DNA of 64,000 bases from Octopus sinensis (taxonomy: Eukaryota). Of the stretch, positions 36,458 through 47,535 are shown in pieces (position 1 is the stretch's first letter; every line of letters starts with the position of its first letter). Location of the stretch: contig NC_043017.1 of the NCBI RefSeq assembly GCF_006345805.1, positions 13,702,001 through 13,766,000 of the forward strand, read 5' to 3'. Position numbers and translations under genes: made by a program. The notes under the pieces are model-generated. The model did no database searches and had not been told where the DNA came from. It was given only the letters and a program-made list of their open reading frames with translations.

Positions 36458-36462
<5 letters not shown>
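36174..36462 (+). mobile_element. SINE family C variant (tail 3)
   Basis: Family C head and body followed by an unrelated 3' module ending ggtcacagtga(ta)n. Confidence 0.75.
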
Positions 36463-36498
<36 letters not shown>

Positions 36499-36768
36499 GA
36501 TTTTAGGTGTAAATAAAAATAATCACATGTAAAATCTGCCTGTTTGAAAAATCAACAACATGACAATTGTTGACAATGCGAAGTCTAAATCACGTGAGCT
36601 CGTAGTCTCAGCGCTGAAGGTAGCGATGATTTGCCTCCCTGCTAGCAATATAAACAAGAGTGCAATATTGCACCAAAAAGCCAATCCGAGAGCTTCTCTC
36701 ATGGTAACTACCGAGGGTACATAAATATTACCTCTCGGTTTCAGTACTGCCTCTATCGCTAATATATA

Positions 36769-37146
36769 TCTTTATATATAAAAGTGAAGTTGTGTGTCTG
36801 TCTCCTACGATTTAGATTCCTAACTCCTCCCACATTTTGCGGTGCAGTTTAACCAAATTCGGGTATCTTATAGCCGTGATTCATATCGAGCCCTTCTGAG
36901 TATTAGCGCGCGTCTACGATGAGTCTACCATTTTTTTTTTTTAATTTACCATCATTTTTCCGCTATTATATAAGGGAAGTAACTCTCTAAAAATGTCTAC
37001 GATGAGTCAACGATTTAAAAAAAATTTACCATCATTTTTTTCCCATTTTTAATGCAGTTTTTTGCTATCTTTGGCTATAACTCTCTAAAAATGCTTATAT
37101 AGTTATTTCCCTTACAAATCCGAGCAACGCCGGGCGATACTGCTAG
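36769..37146 (+). mobile_element. Non-autonomous Helitron
   Basis: a|TC...hairpin...CTAG|t. Confidence 0.88.
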
Positions 37147-37369
37147 TATTTTTTTTTTTTTATTGCCCACGGGGGGATAAACATAGTGGGGACAAACAAA
37201 AGTATTAAGTCGATGACATCGACCCAGTGCGTAACTGGTACTTATTTAATTGACCCCAGTGGAAATTGAACTCAGAACGTAACGGCAGACGAAATACTGC
37301 TGAGAATTTCGCCATGTGTGCTAACGTTTCTGCCAGCTAGATAATGTATATGTACATGTAACAAGGCAT

Positions 37370-37700
37370 GTGTCACTGAAGAAAATCACAACTGAATAAA
37401 GAAAATATGGACCTCCAAATACTCTGCATTCAATAAAACAGTCGGCCACAATGTGTTTGCAGTACCAGTACTCATACCAACATTTGGGCTACTTGATTGA
37501 ACATTTGATCAGATCTGAACCATTGATGTGAAAACCTGAAAGATACTAACCAGCTCACATAACTTGCATGTAGACCGCCTCTACCTAAAATGAAAACAAG
37601 GGAGCAGAGGCTCAACATCAATCCAGACTGCCTTTGAATGTTATATCATATCCCTTTGGCAACATTTTTTTAACCATCAAGTGTTGAAGTGCATCCCTTG
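37370..37700 (+). mobile_element. R4/Dong RT C-terminal remnant
   Basis: FAVPVLIPTFG..IDVKT..HVDRLYL..GSRGL, with stops. Confidence 0.65.
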
Positions 37701-37727
37701 ACCAAATTTGTATATACGAGGCAGATG

Positions 37728-38069
37728 GAAGCACTCCGTCGGTTATGACGACGAGGGTTCCGGTTGATCCGAATCAACGGAACAGCCTGCTCGTGAAATT
37801 AACGTGTAAGTGGCTGAGCACTCCACAGACATGTGTACCCTTAACGTAGTTCTCGGGGATATTCAGCGTGACACAGAGAGTGACAAGGCCGGCCCTTTGA
37901 AATACAGGTACAACAGAAACAGCAAGTAAGAGTGAGAGAAAGTTGTGGTGAAAGAGTACAGCAAGGATCACCACTCAATAAACACTCACAACGCCCGGTC
38001 TGGGAATCGAAACCGCGATCCTATGACCGCGAGTCCGCTGCCCTAACCACTGGGCCATTGCGCCTCCAC
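37728..38069 (-). mobile_element. SINE family C (internal deletion)
   Basis: Matches the family. Confidence 0.85.
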
Positions 38070-38778
38070 ACGAGGCAGGTAACATCATGAGACTTGGAAA
38101 GCAGCACTTTGAGCAGCATTCCTTGTCCGATAGCTTTGAATATATGCCCAAAGAACTGTCCTGGAATAAATATAGAGAATCCCCTTGTTACACAAATATC
38201 AGCACAAGGAATACTGGTGGAATATTCCCATCAAAACATCTGTCAGGTGTAAGCATAGCAGGCTGGATATTGTTGTTTGGGACAAACAAGAAAAAGTATG
38301 TACTGTCATAGAGGTTCCAGTCTGATTTAGCTTGATTTCCTAATGCCAACCACTTTACCAAGTGTACTGGGCACTTTTAACATGGTACTGCACAAGCACT
38401 TTTATGTGGCGCCAACATGAGTGCTTTTCTTTTTACATGGCACCAGTGCAGGACTTTTGCAGACCAATCCTCTTCTCCAGTGGGGTTGGCCTTAGGACTT
38501 CTGCTGTGGAGTATGGGTCTTCTTTAGTACAGTAAAGCACCAGGTTTCTCAGTCCTTTTCGTCTGGAGGTCATCCTTCAGTACTTCATCTCATGTCTTCC
38601 TGGGTCTCTATCTGTGATCCAGGTGTCAAATAATATTTGTTATTAAAAACACAATGGATGCCTACTTTTTGAGGAATTTCAAATACACCAAAATACACCC
38701 ATTTGAAATCTAGCTTCTTCAATATCAAACTGTGTATATTATAATGTACAATATAAATAATATTACATCTCATGGCCA

Positions 38779-39186
38779 TACTCTCTTTTTACTCTTTTAC
38801 TTGTTTCAGTCATTTGACTGCGGCCATGCTGGAGCACCGCCTTTAGTCGAGCAAATCGACCCCAGGACTTATTCTTTGTAAGCCCAGTACTTATTCTATC
38901 GGTCTCTTTTGCTGAACCGCTAAGTGACGGGGACGTAAACACACCAGCATCGGTTGCCAAGCAATGCTAGGGGAACAAACACAGACACACAAACATATAC
39001 ACACATACATATATACATATACGACAGGTTTCTTTCAGTTTCCGCCTACCAAATCCACTCACAAGGCATTGGTCGGCCCGGGGCTATAGCAGAAGACACT
39101 TGCCCAAGATGCCACGCAGTGGGACTGAACCCGCAACCATGTGGTTGGTAAGCAAGCTACCTACCACACAGCCACTCCTACGCCTA
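38779..39186 (-). mobile_element. SINE family A, full length
   Basis: Matches the family. Confidence 0.88.
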
Positions 39187-39479
39187 TCCATGAATATTTT
39201 ATATCTATCTAAAGTGCACAAACAGAAACACCCAAAATATTGAAAGATAAAGACATGAAAAGAGGTTTTTTCCAGAAATATCAAAAAATAGTGATCAGCA
39301 CTACTGCTGCTGCTACATCATCATCATCATCCTTTAACATCCGTTTTCCATGCTGGCATGGGTCGGGCGGTTTGACCAGACTTTGCAAACCAGAGACCTG
39401 CATCAAATTCCAGCCTGATTTAGCTTGGTTTCTATGGTTAGATGCCTTTCCTAATGCCAACCGCTTCACAGTGTTACAC

Positions 39480-40166
39480 CAGTCATTGGGGATGACATCT
39501 TCCTGAACAACCTGATTGACTATATGGGTGATGAGTCCAAAAGACGGCGAGCTGGCAGAAACGTTAGCACACCAGGCGAAATGCGTAGCCGTATTTCGTC
39601 TGCCGTAACGTTCTGAGTTCAAATTCCGCCAAGGTCGACTTTGCCTTTCATCCTTTCAGGTCGATAAATTAAGTACCTATTTCTTTACTACCCACAAGGG
39701 GCTAAACACAGAGGAGACAAACGGATTAAGTCGATTACATCGACCCCAGTGCGTAACTGGTACTTAATTTATCGACCCCGAAAGGATGAAAGGCAAAGTC
39801 GACCTTGGCGGATTTGAACTCAGAACATAACGGCAGACGAAATACGGCTACGCATTTCGCCCGGGGTGGTAACGGTTTTGCCAGCTCGCCGCCTAATTAA
39901 GTACCACTTACACACTGGGGTCGATATAATCGACTTAATCCGTTTGTCTGTCCCCTCTGTGTTTAGCCCCTTGTGGGTAGTAAAGAAATATATATATGGG
40001 TGATGAGACCATATCCTGCTCTGCCTGATATGTTTAGCATCTATGTAGTAATTCCTGATGGACCTGGGGCTTTTCCTATTTTCATATTCTTGATTGTCTT
40101 ATCTATCACACTGCTGTCAACTAGGATAGACAGTCCCTCTGTTGGTTTTCAGATCAGGAAGACTCC
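39480..40166 (-). mobile_element. RTE RT fragment hosting nested Nin-SINEs
   Basis: After removing the SINEs the frame reads DKTIKNMKIGKAPGPSGITT*MLNISG..GLITHIVNQVVQEDVIPNDW; TSD tatatgggtgatgag. Confidence 0.82.
39544..39990 (+). mobile_element. Nin-SINE containing an antisense Nin-SINE (39678-39893)
   Basis: Inner TSD aattaagtacc at 39667-39677 and 39895-39905. Confidence 0.88.
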
Positions 40167-40167
40167 C

Positions 40168-40172
40168 TTTTT
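40168..40172 (+). terminator. Putative Pol III terminator (first T5 downstream of the 39544 SINE)
   Basis: The segment copied to 23.7 kb ends at 40166, immediately before this run. Confidence 0.5.
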
Positions 40173-41032
40173 ACTATGTATTCTCCACATTAAATAACCT
40201 TTTATAGAAACACTTCTATGCCTCTTTCTTATCAGAGTCACTAAGAGCAAGCATACCATTATCCGTCTGTACACACTTCTCACCTGCACCTTGATTCTCT
40301 CTTATACACTGTCCCGCAATTGGGAACACCTCTCATCCCCTGATCCTCATGTTGTAAAGCATTGACAAAAACCCCTTCCTTTCTACCTCTAATTTTGCCC
40401 TTCATGCTGTAAAGCATTGACAAAAACCCCTTCCTTTCTACCTCTAATTTTGCCAGACAAACCTGTTGTCTAGTTTCCCTTGTAGTTACCTGATATGCTT
40501 CTTTGCTACTTGCACTGTTTCACTCTTTCCAAGTCCATCTCTTCTCTTTTACAGCCCTGTCAACCTCACTGTTCCACCACGTCGTCCTTGGTCTGATAGA
40601 AGCTTTGTTCTAGCCACAGATTTGGTCAGTTGCTGCCTCTAGTTTATCCTGTAAGAACTTCCTGTTGTCCTCTGTCATACATCTCTATCACTCTCCTTCT
40701 CAGAAAATGCTTCAATTAGAACATATATGAATTTCTGTACATTTGAAGGATACTTAAGATTCCATAACATTCTTTTCCATATTGGTTTGTATCTCTGGGA
40801 CCTTCTAGCCCACTTGAAAGCATTTGTTGACCAACCCATGGCTACAATAGAAATCCAATGATTTCTCCACAGATCTGAGTCAGTTCTAAAAAGCAACAGA
40901 AGCAGGAGAAAAAAATAAAACAGAAAAATGTTTGGTTGAATTATAATTCCGATATTTGATTTTTTTTATTCTTGAAATTTACATTAGAAAAACATTAAAC
41001 AAACTCATCAAAATCATCACCATCAACAAAAC

Positions 41033-41260
41033 TTAACCCTTTCGTTACCAACCAGGCTGAAACCGGCTCTGGTTCTGAGTACAAATGTCTTGTTTTCATA
41101 AGTTTTGAAGTAAAATCTTCAACCAAACCTTAGTCACAATTTATGCTTCTAACACTAGCTGAATGATAACGAAGTTATTTTACTAAATTCTTTGTTATAT
41201 TTAAAGTATTTGAAAGAAACACAGAGCATCTCAAAATAAATACAGTAACGAAAGGATTAA
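41033..41260. mobile_element. piggyBac-type MITE
   Basis: TTAA|ccctttcgttac...gtaacgaaagga|TTAA. Confidence 0.75.
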
Positions 41261-41652
41261 TAGAGATCAACAATTCTGAAGTTAAAATATACTTCAAGAC
41301 ATTGTCTACCGAGATCTTTTTGTTGTTTTTATCTCCTTAATGAGGGACGGGGAGGCGAGAGAGGAACTTTTCCTCTCATAAACCAGATCTAATGTAAAAA
41401 TATTTCTCAGAAACTTTGGCATCAATCAGTTAGCAGTGGTGGGAAATAATCAAAGAAGGCCAGTGGAACTGGTGCACAAAATCTCCAACACTGACTCCTC
41501 AATTTATGGAACCAGTGACTCAAACTCTTCTATTTTTAATTAGACTAATTAATTAATATACATTTCTTATGTTGATTAAAAGTACCCTACATATGTGGAC
41601 AGTATGAACTATCCAACTACTTTTTAGCACCCAAGCTTGTCAGAGTTTAGAT

Positions 41653-41879
41653 TTAACCCTTTAGTATTTAAACCGGCCATATCTGGTCAAAATAGTTAAT
41701 CTGTTTTATGTTCAAACTGACCAGATCCAGGCTCTCACACCTACCCTACAATGTTATTCTACATTAGGTAATTACACTGTCAAGATCTTGAAGATTTGAG
41801 ATAATGCATGATTAATTCAAATCAATGGGAATCAATAAGCATTATGTTTGATAGAATAATCTGAACATTAAAGGGTTAA
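41653..41879. mobile_element. piggyBac-type MITE
   Basis: TTAA|cccttt...aaaggg|TTAA; same family at 42359-42587 and 50566-50793. Confidence 0.8.
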
Positions 41880-42192
41880 AGGCTTCCCCTTACTCTATAC
41901 TATATTCTTTAAAGAAATTACAAACAATAAAGTAGAAGAGATAAATCTTACAAAATATAAAAAAGAAAGAGGTTTCTATTTAAAAGAAGTTATCAAGTAA
42001 AAGGATATCAAAGAAATAAACTAATAAAATATAAAATAATATCAGGAACATATTTGTCTCCTGTTTCAAAAATTTAAAATACATAAAAATTAAGACTATA
42101 ATATTAACACCCTAAAGTAACTTAACTAAGACTATTTTAACACAAATAGATACCTTAATTTTAACATTTCAAGGTTAAAGAATGGTTTAATT

Positions 42193-42752
42193 CAGTGCTT
42201 CTCAAGTGGGGTTCTTATAATATTTTTGGGGGGTCCATGCAACAAAATAGTAAACTGGAGACCCACAATATTATTTTAAGGACACCTGAAGAATTTTGCT
42301 TTAGATGCGTATATTGGTATGTATTTTAAGAAACAGCTAAGTTTTTTTCTCCATCATTTTAACCCTTTAGCATTTAAACCGGCCATATCCGGCCAAAAGT
42401 ATTCTGCCTGTTTTATGTTCATACTGGCCATATCTGGTCTCTCACACTAACCCTACAATATCATTTTAAAAATTAACAGCTACCTCATCAAAATCTCATA
42501 GCTCCAAGATAATGCATGATTAGTTCAAGGCAATGTGGATAAAGAAGCATTAATTTTGGCAGAATAATGCGAACACTAAAGGGTTAAAATAGTTCAACCC
42601 ACAAAAGTGAATGTGTGAAAAAGAAATTAGGAATTTTGAAAGAAGTTTCTATAAAGCTAATTTTTAAACATTGAATGTCTAGGTGGGGAGGTCCAACAGA
42701 ATAAAATAGTAATCAAAGGGTGCCATAGATGAAAAACGGTTGAGAATCCCTG
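42193..42752. mobile_element. hAT-like MITE with nested piggyBac MITE (42359-42587)
   Basis: TIR cagtgcttctcaa / ttgagaatccctg; TSD gtttaatt/gtttcatt. Confidence 0.75.
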
Positions 42753-42802
42753 GTTTCATTTAAGTGAATGTAACATGAAAGATTACTTTAAATGAAATAT
42801 AT

Positions 42803-43035
42803 ATTTCTTTACTACCCACAAGGGGCTAAACACAGAGGGGACAAACAAGGACAGACAAACGGATTAAGTCAATTACATCGATCCCAGTGCATAACTGGTA
42901 CTTAATTTATCGACCCTGAAAGGATGAAAGGCAAAGTCGACCTCGGCGGAATTTGAACTCAGAACGTAGCGGTAGACGAAATACGGCTACGCATTTCGCC
43001 CGGCGTGCTAACGTTTCTGCCAGCTCACCGCCTTT
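42803..43035 (-). mobile_element. Nin-domain SINE (family B)
   Basis: Matches the family. Confidence 0.85.
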
Positions 43036-43946
43036 TTTTACTACGGAAGTGGCGGTTTCTTTAAATGCAATATAAATTATATTGTAAAGTATTGAGAAGT
43101 TTCTCTCTACAAAGAAACATGGTAATTTAGAAAAGGGATTCAATTGAAAGTGCATATCTAAACATCTTGTTCTTAGAAAAAAGAATTCTGTCTTCTCAGA
43201 TCGTCCTTCACAGAAGACTTTTGATATGATTTATTTTCAAATTTGTAGCTGTAACTGTAATCAAATAAAAAATTGTGAAATAGGAAAAATTTTAACACAT
43301 TATTTTATATCTGTTGCTGGTCTAAAGTCAATCCCTGATTCTTGTGGCTAAACAACTACTGCCAACCCCAATTCCATGACTTTGACTTCACAGCCCTTTA
43401 AAAGCAAAATCACTCAACTACAAATGTTGGTTGGAAGATAGCAATGAATGAAATATTAATTCTATAAACAGGGAGAGAAGAATCACACACATACACAATG
43501 GTGGTAGTGATGGGTTTGTTATTCTTCCATATTCCAAAATAAATAGAGATAGAATCATTAATATTTAGTTCAATAAAGTTATTTCATTTTTTTACAAATT
43601 ACAATATTTTAGATTATAATTTTTTTAAATTGTTCTTTCCTTTTTTTTTTTTACCATTAAGTGGTAATTTCATGACCTTGCATCAATGAGCAATTGTGCC
43701 ACCATGCAGTCGATCAAACTGCAAGAAATAACAGCCAAAATACCTATAGATCACATCCTACTGTATTTAAGGAGTATACTGGATAATATATTCCAAGAAT
43801 ATGTCTGAAAAGATGAGATGGAATGTCTTCATTCATGGCTCTGTTTAATCAGTGTTAACTTCAGATTAAACAACTTGGTACTGATCTTGTTTACATCTTA
43901 AGAGTTCTTCCTCTCACACACACATTCCATATCACACACTAACTTG

Positions 43947-45449
43947 CTAATACCTCTTTGAATTCATGATATCTTCAATGTCTTCAACTCTCTTTGGACA
44001 ATTACTGGACAGGATGACAGGTGAAGAATTTGTTATCAACACGTTGTCTTCTATTCGAATCCCAATGCCTCTAAATTCTGCTGGCACCATCATATTGGTT
44101 TCAGGTATGTAAATACCAGGCTCTATAGTCACAATCATGCCAGGTTCAAGACGGATACGGCGAGAAACGCTCGGAGTATCGTGGACATCCATGCCAAGGT
44201 AATGACCAACATGATGGGGACAGAACTTCCGAGCAGTTGCCATTAGCTTACTCCCACTTAAACTTGATTCAATTAATCCCAACGCTTTCAGTTCACAACC
44301 CAAAATAGCGAGCATTTCGGTGTAGATATCATCCAAAGAGAGACTCTTTCGACACATTTTCAAACACAGTTCCTGACATCTGAGAACTGCATTATAGACT
44401 TCTCTTTGGACCTTCGAGAAAGTTCCTGAAACAGGCCAAGTCCTGGTTAGATCGCTGGTATAACCGTGAAGTTCACAGCCAGCATCCATTAAAACTAATT
44501 CACCGTCATTCACAATTTGGTTATTATTTACATAATGTACAGTGTTGGCGCGATTTCCTCCAGCTACGACTGGTGGGTATGCCAGATACTGTGCACCTCG
44601 TGTTCGACATTCGTAATCCATTTTAGCAACAAGCATGCTTTCATTTATACCTGGCTGTGAAAACTCCATTACTTTTACTAGGGATTCGGAAGCGATATCC
44701 ACAGAATTCTTCATCAGTTCAATCTCATCCTCTGATTTGATGAGTCTGAGGTTTTGAACTAATTTGTCGGTAATCTCAAAATTACAGTTCCTACTTTCTT
44801 GAATAAACCTGGTCAGGAATCTGTCGTGTATTTTCTTCTGAACGGGTTTGTTAAAGTTATACCAAACCGTATACCTAGAATGATTCTTCTTGTATTCATA
44901 AAGAAACGACTCCAGTTCGTCAACAGTATAAGCAGCATCGATTCCGGTAAAAGATAACGTCCCTTCAACTCCTGAGCAAGGACCATCCCACAGTTCGCGT
45001 TCCGGGTTCTTGGGAGGAACAAATAGAACGGACTTCGGGTCGGCATAAGGGTTTCCGTCATTCGGGTTGTTGAAGATTAATAATAAACTGTCTGGTTCCA
45101 AAAAACCACATAAATACAAAAATTCAGTGTTCTGCCTAAAAGTGTAAGGAATATCGTAACTCATGAATACCTTAGAAGCTGAAGGGAATATAAAGATCAT
45201 GTCCTTCGGGGCACCAGATTTTCGCTGCTGGAGAGCATTTCGAAACAATGCGATGCGTCTGCGACGATATTCGTCTTCGGTAATTCCAGGAGTCACTTGG
45301 CCTTCTTTGAGAAGATGTGGATGAGTCTTCGGAACTGGTTGTCCGAAATATCTACACCAAAGACCATTTTTAACCTTACTTCTCCTTAAAGATACCAACG
45401 CAACCTTTAAAACATCGCACCAAGACGATTTGGTCAGAACGACCGCCAT
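43947..45449 (-). CDS. XPNPEP3: Xaa-Pro aminopeptidase 3 (M24B, mitochondrial Icp55 orthologue), intronless CDS
   Basis: 500-aa ORF. Arg/Lys-rich presequence-like N-terminus; GQPxPxTHPHLL motif; metal ligands in LMDAGCELHGYTSDLTRTWP, HHVGHYLGMDVHD, TIEPG and RIEDNV. Confidence 0.95.
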   Translation of the reverse strand: MAVVLTKSSWCDVLKVALVSLRRSKVKNGLWCRYFGQPVPKTHPHLLKEGQVTPGITEDEYRRRRIALFRNALQQRKSGAPKDMIFIFPSASKVFMSYDIPYTFRQNTEFLYLCGFLEPDSLLLIFNNPNDGNPYADPKSVLFVPPKNPERELWDGPCSGVEGTLSFTGIDAAYTVDELESFLYEYKKNHSRYTVWYNFNKPVQKKIHDRFLTRFIQESRNCNFEITDKLVQNLRLIKSEDEIELMKNSVDIASESLVKVMEFSQPGINESMLVAKMDYECRTRGAQYLAYPPVVAGGNRANTVHYVNNNQIVNDGELVLMDAGCELHGYTSDLTRTWPVSGTFSKVQREVYNAVLRCQELCLKMCRKSLSLDDIYTEMLAILGCELKALGLIESSLSGSKLMATARKFCPHHVGHYLGMDVHDTPSVSRRIRLEPGMIVTIEPGIYIPETNMMVPAEFRGIGIRIEDNVLITNSSPVILSSNCPKRVEDIEDIMNSKRY

Positions 45450-45496
45450 TATAGTATGTCTTTAATGATCTCCCTTAGATCGGTTTCCGTTTCCAT
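45449..45496 (-). promoter_or_regulatory. 15-codon uORF (METETDLREIIKDIL) whose TAA overlaps the XPNPEP3 ATG
   Basis: ggaATGG...ctaTAATGgcg read directly. Whether it is transcribed or translated is unknown. Confidence 0.5.
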
Positions 45497-45630
45497 TCCA
45501 ATTCCACCTGAAACGAAGCTTCTGGGGTCATATATCTTGCTAGAAACAACTCATATCACCCTTATATCGTACATTAATATATATATTTTTTTAATGGACT
45601 ATTCACACTAGATAATGTAGTTCATAATAC

Positions 45631-46071
45631 GGATCTTTTCGGTTTGAACGGCAGTTTTTAACATAATTTCTAGGTAGCTAAAAAATTCTAAACTTCGTAT
45701 ATACTGGTAGAATGTGTTTATAAAACATCCTTTTCTCTTGGCTTTATTGAGAAAATTCTATAGTTTATAAGATATTTGTTGGTTGTTTTTTCTTCAATTT
45801 CAACCAATCAATGACGTCCATTGAGGTAAAAAAAAAAAAAAACAACATTCTGTGCCGTATGAATATGTCCCTCGTTTAAGAAACAGATTGGGTTTATTTA
45901 CATTTGTGAAGAAAAAACGATACCCTTCCTCCCACCCCTAACTAACCCCTCCTTCCACCCTAACCCTAAAACAGATTGAAATGCAATAGATAGATACTAG
46001 GGTCATAATTATGGGTGACAATTTCATATGACACCGCTAGAAAAAAAATGCCGTTCAAACCGAAAATATCC
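45631..46071. mobile_element. GG-terminal MITE family 1 upstream of XPNPEP3
   Basis: TIRs; flanked by an exact 18-bp duplication taatgtagttcataatac. Confidence 0.88.
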
Positions 46072-46584
46072 TAATGTAGTTCATAATACTTTATGTCTGT
46101 AAAACAATATCAAGACCGGATGGTTGTATATTTTATCATAGATCTGCTCACCTCTAACTAAACTGCATTATTTCGAAAATATGGCCTTCAAAAATAATCA
46201 ACTTTAAATTGTATTTCTTTCTGTGTGTTTAAAATCCGATTTCTGTCGACATGCTGAAGTGAAATCTAGTTTTGAAAGTGAAAGTTTAGTTCCAAAATCT
46301 TTTACTTGTGAATTATTTCTTCGTGTACAACCACGGTGGTCGGGTTGTTTGTGTCATTAATTCAAAATATATATTTCTATTAAAATTAGTCGTCCTTACA
46401 CAACAATATGCTTAGCTATTATCTCTGTACTTGTTCTTAATTTTATACGGCATTTGTAAATCGATTACAGCTCCTGTCCAGTGTAAACAATACGTTGTAA
46501 ATCAATATAGTTATTAGTGTTAATTATCATAGTTAAAATATAAATTTATAAATATTTATTTTGTCCAATGTGTACATATTGAAC

Positions 46585-46615
46585 GTCCTTGACCCTGGCA
46601 CAAACCGGAAGCGAC
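46585..46615 (-). promoter_or_regulatory. Possible XPNPEP3 promoter / TSS-proximal ETS-type motif
   Basis: gtcgcttccggttt in unique sequence; candidate noncoding exon 46251-46152 (ttcag|...gag|gtgagc). Inference only. Confidence 0.3.
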
Positions 46616-46685
46616 TTTTATAAACAAAAAGACATTATTTCACATATGGGCTTACTAAGATTAATAAAACTGAGATCTATCTTTT

Positions 46686-46959
46686 TATCTTTTACTTGTT
46701 TCAGTCATTTGACTGCGGCCATGCTGGAGCACCGCCTTTAATCGAGCAACTCGACCCCGGGACTTATTCTTTTGTGAGCCCAGTACTTATTCTATCGGTC
46801 TCTTTTGCCGAACCGCTAAGTAACGGGACATAAACGCACCAGCATCGGTTGTCAAGCAATGCTAGAGGGACAAACACACACACGCATATATATATATATA
46901 TATACGACGGGCTTCTTTCAGTTTCCGTCTACCAAATCCACTCACAAGGCTTTGGTCGT
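46686..46959 (-). mobile_element. SINE family A, 5'-truncated
   Basis: Matches the family. Confidence 0.85.
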
Positions 46960-47134
46960 TACTTTTTTATAATATATTTTATATACGCATAAAACTCCTT
47001 AGAATTTTTGTAGGCATTTGGAGATGCATGCATGTTTTCACGTACAAATAATGCATTATGAGCCAACGAGATAGTCTATGACTTAAATTAATTAAATTGA
47101 TTTAATTACAGTTTTATAGTATATTTTACAAACA

Positions 47135-47535
47135 GCTTGCTAACCAACCACATGGTTCCGGGTTTAGGCCCACTGCGTGGCATCTTGGGCAAGTGTCTTC
47201 TGCTATAGCCCCGGGCAAGTGTCTTCTGCTATAGCCCCGGGCCGACCAATGCCTTGTGAGTGGATTTGGTAGACGGAAACTGAAAGAAGCCTGTCGTATA
47301 TATGTATATATATATATATATGTATATGTGTGTGTCTGTGTTTGTCCCCCCTAGCATTGCTTGACAACCGATGCTGGTGTGTTTACGTCCCCGTCACTTA
47401 GCGGTTCGGCAGAGGAGACCGATAGAATAAGCGCTGGGCTTACAAAGAATAAGTCGCGGGGTCGATTTGCTCGACTAAATGCGGTGCTCCAGCATGGCCG
47501 CAGTCAAAATGACTGAAACAAGTAAAAGAGTAAAA
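47135..47535 (+). mobile_element. SINE family A with a 26-bp internal tandem duplication
   Basis: gggcaagtgtcttctgctatagcccc x2. Confidence 0.85.

Noticed and set aside
43947-45449. Horizontal transfer of bacterial pepP to explain the lack of introns
   Set aside because: The presequence-like N-terminus and GQPxPxTHPHLL motif match eukaryotic XPNPEP3.
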